DNA from: Macrostomum lignano
Lineage: Eukaryota
DNA: 64,000 nucleotides
Direction: 5' to 3'
Assembly (NCBI GenBank): GCA_002269645.1
Contig: NIVC01000522.1
Coordinates: 124,001-188,000 of the forward strand
In this document: one piece after another, positions 63,239 to 64,000 of the stretch
Numbering within the stretch: the stretch's first letter is position 1
Layout: every line of letters begins with the position of its first letter
The notes under the pieces: generated by a model
What the model was told of the DNA's origin: nothing
The model's input: only the letters and a program-made list of their open reading frames with translations
Database searches by the model: none
Made by a program: the position numbers and the translations under genes

Positions 63239-63240
63239 TA

Positions 63241-63400
63241 TTACCAACTAGTTAGGCCTAGTTACTATTATCAACTAGTTAGTTATTATTAACAACTAGT
63301 TAGTTACTATTACCAACTAATTAGTTACTATTCCCAACTAGCTAGTTACTATTACCAACTAGTTAGTTATTATTACCAACTAGTTAGTTACTATTACAAA
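63241..63400. repeat. ~22-bp repeat TATTACCAACTAGTTAGTTAC
   Basis: One unit also lies left of the Tc1-like element at ~62330. Confidence 0.8.
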
Positions 63401-63867
63401 CTATTTGATATTAGGTAATTTTGTAACTTTTATATTGAACTCTTTGACTATTTATTTTTATAACTTTATGCTTTGCTTTTTATGTTGAAACTATCTTTTC
63501 TATTAAATAGTGATTTTATTAAACTTTGCTTATTTAACTTAAAAGTACAAACTGACTAGCAACCTAATTAAAAAATTTTTTTAAATGAAACTGGTTTTTT
63601 ATTTCAACAAGTTGGTTTGTTTTACTTTTAAAATTATTCTTATGAAAGTAAATAGGGGATTTTGCCAGTTTTTGTATTGCTAATTTATTAATTGTTATAG
63701 CTGTTAATAGTATGAAATTTTGCATGGAATCAGCTGGAATGGGCCAATTGTATTTATCATATTGTTGCACTTATTATACTATATATACTAGTGACTTTCT
63801 GCATCTAATTATTATTAATCTAAATATAATGTAAATTTAATTTCAGCTGTTTTAAAATGCATTTAAT

Positions 63868-63904
<37 letters not shown>

Positions 63905-64000
63905 TTACTGTGCTGAGCAGTTAGCTTCTATAAGCTCGTGCATATATGCATTTGCTTCTATCATGGCACTGTAGGCCCTATCTTCGGGAAGCAACTGAAA

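Overview
Repeat-saturated eukaryotic (metazoan invertebrate) DNA with spliceosomal introns. The GC-rich exons and satellite-filled introns suggest a Macrostomum-like flatworm, but that is inference only. All recognisable host genes lie on the minus strand: an intronless Rac-like GTPase (5637-6230), a ZMYND8-like MYND-finger C-terminal fragment (10216-~13137), a frameshifted cGAS/Mab-21-like fragment (~26830-27150), SLAIN (4 exons, 31787-35320), GOLGA2/GM130 (9 exons, ~981 aa, 37596-53411) and a tail-anchored PTP1B/TC-PTP-like phosphatase with a long acidic N-terminal extension (56321-60854, start not found). Mobile DNA comprises a near-intact Mag-type Ty3/Gypsy element lacking its 3' LTR, an Ingi-like LINE with target-site duplications, a decayed Gypsy integrase, a Polinton-like polB remnant, a Tc1/IS630-like deletion derivative and several MITEs. 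The LINE has an HDV-like ribozyme fold at its exact 5' end and a 2A StopGo peptide ahead of a PHD finger. About 25 distinct micro- and minisatellite arrays fill most introns. The most unusual signals are the ribozyme-2A-PHD LINE head, a palindromic repeat/variable-spacer array filling GOLGA2 intron 7, and inverted satellite arrays bracketing GOLGA2 exon 6. All gene models, alignments and folds were made by eye.
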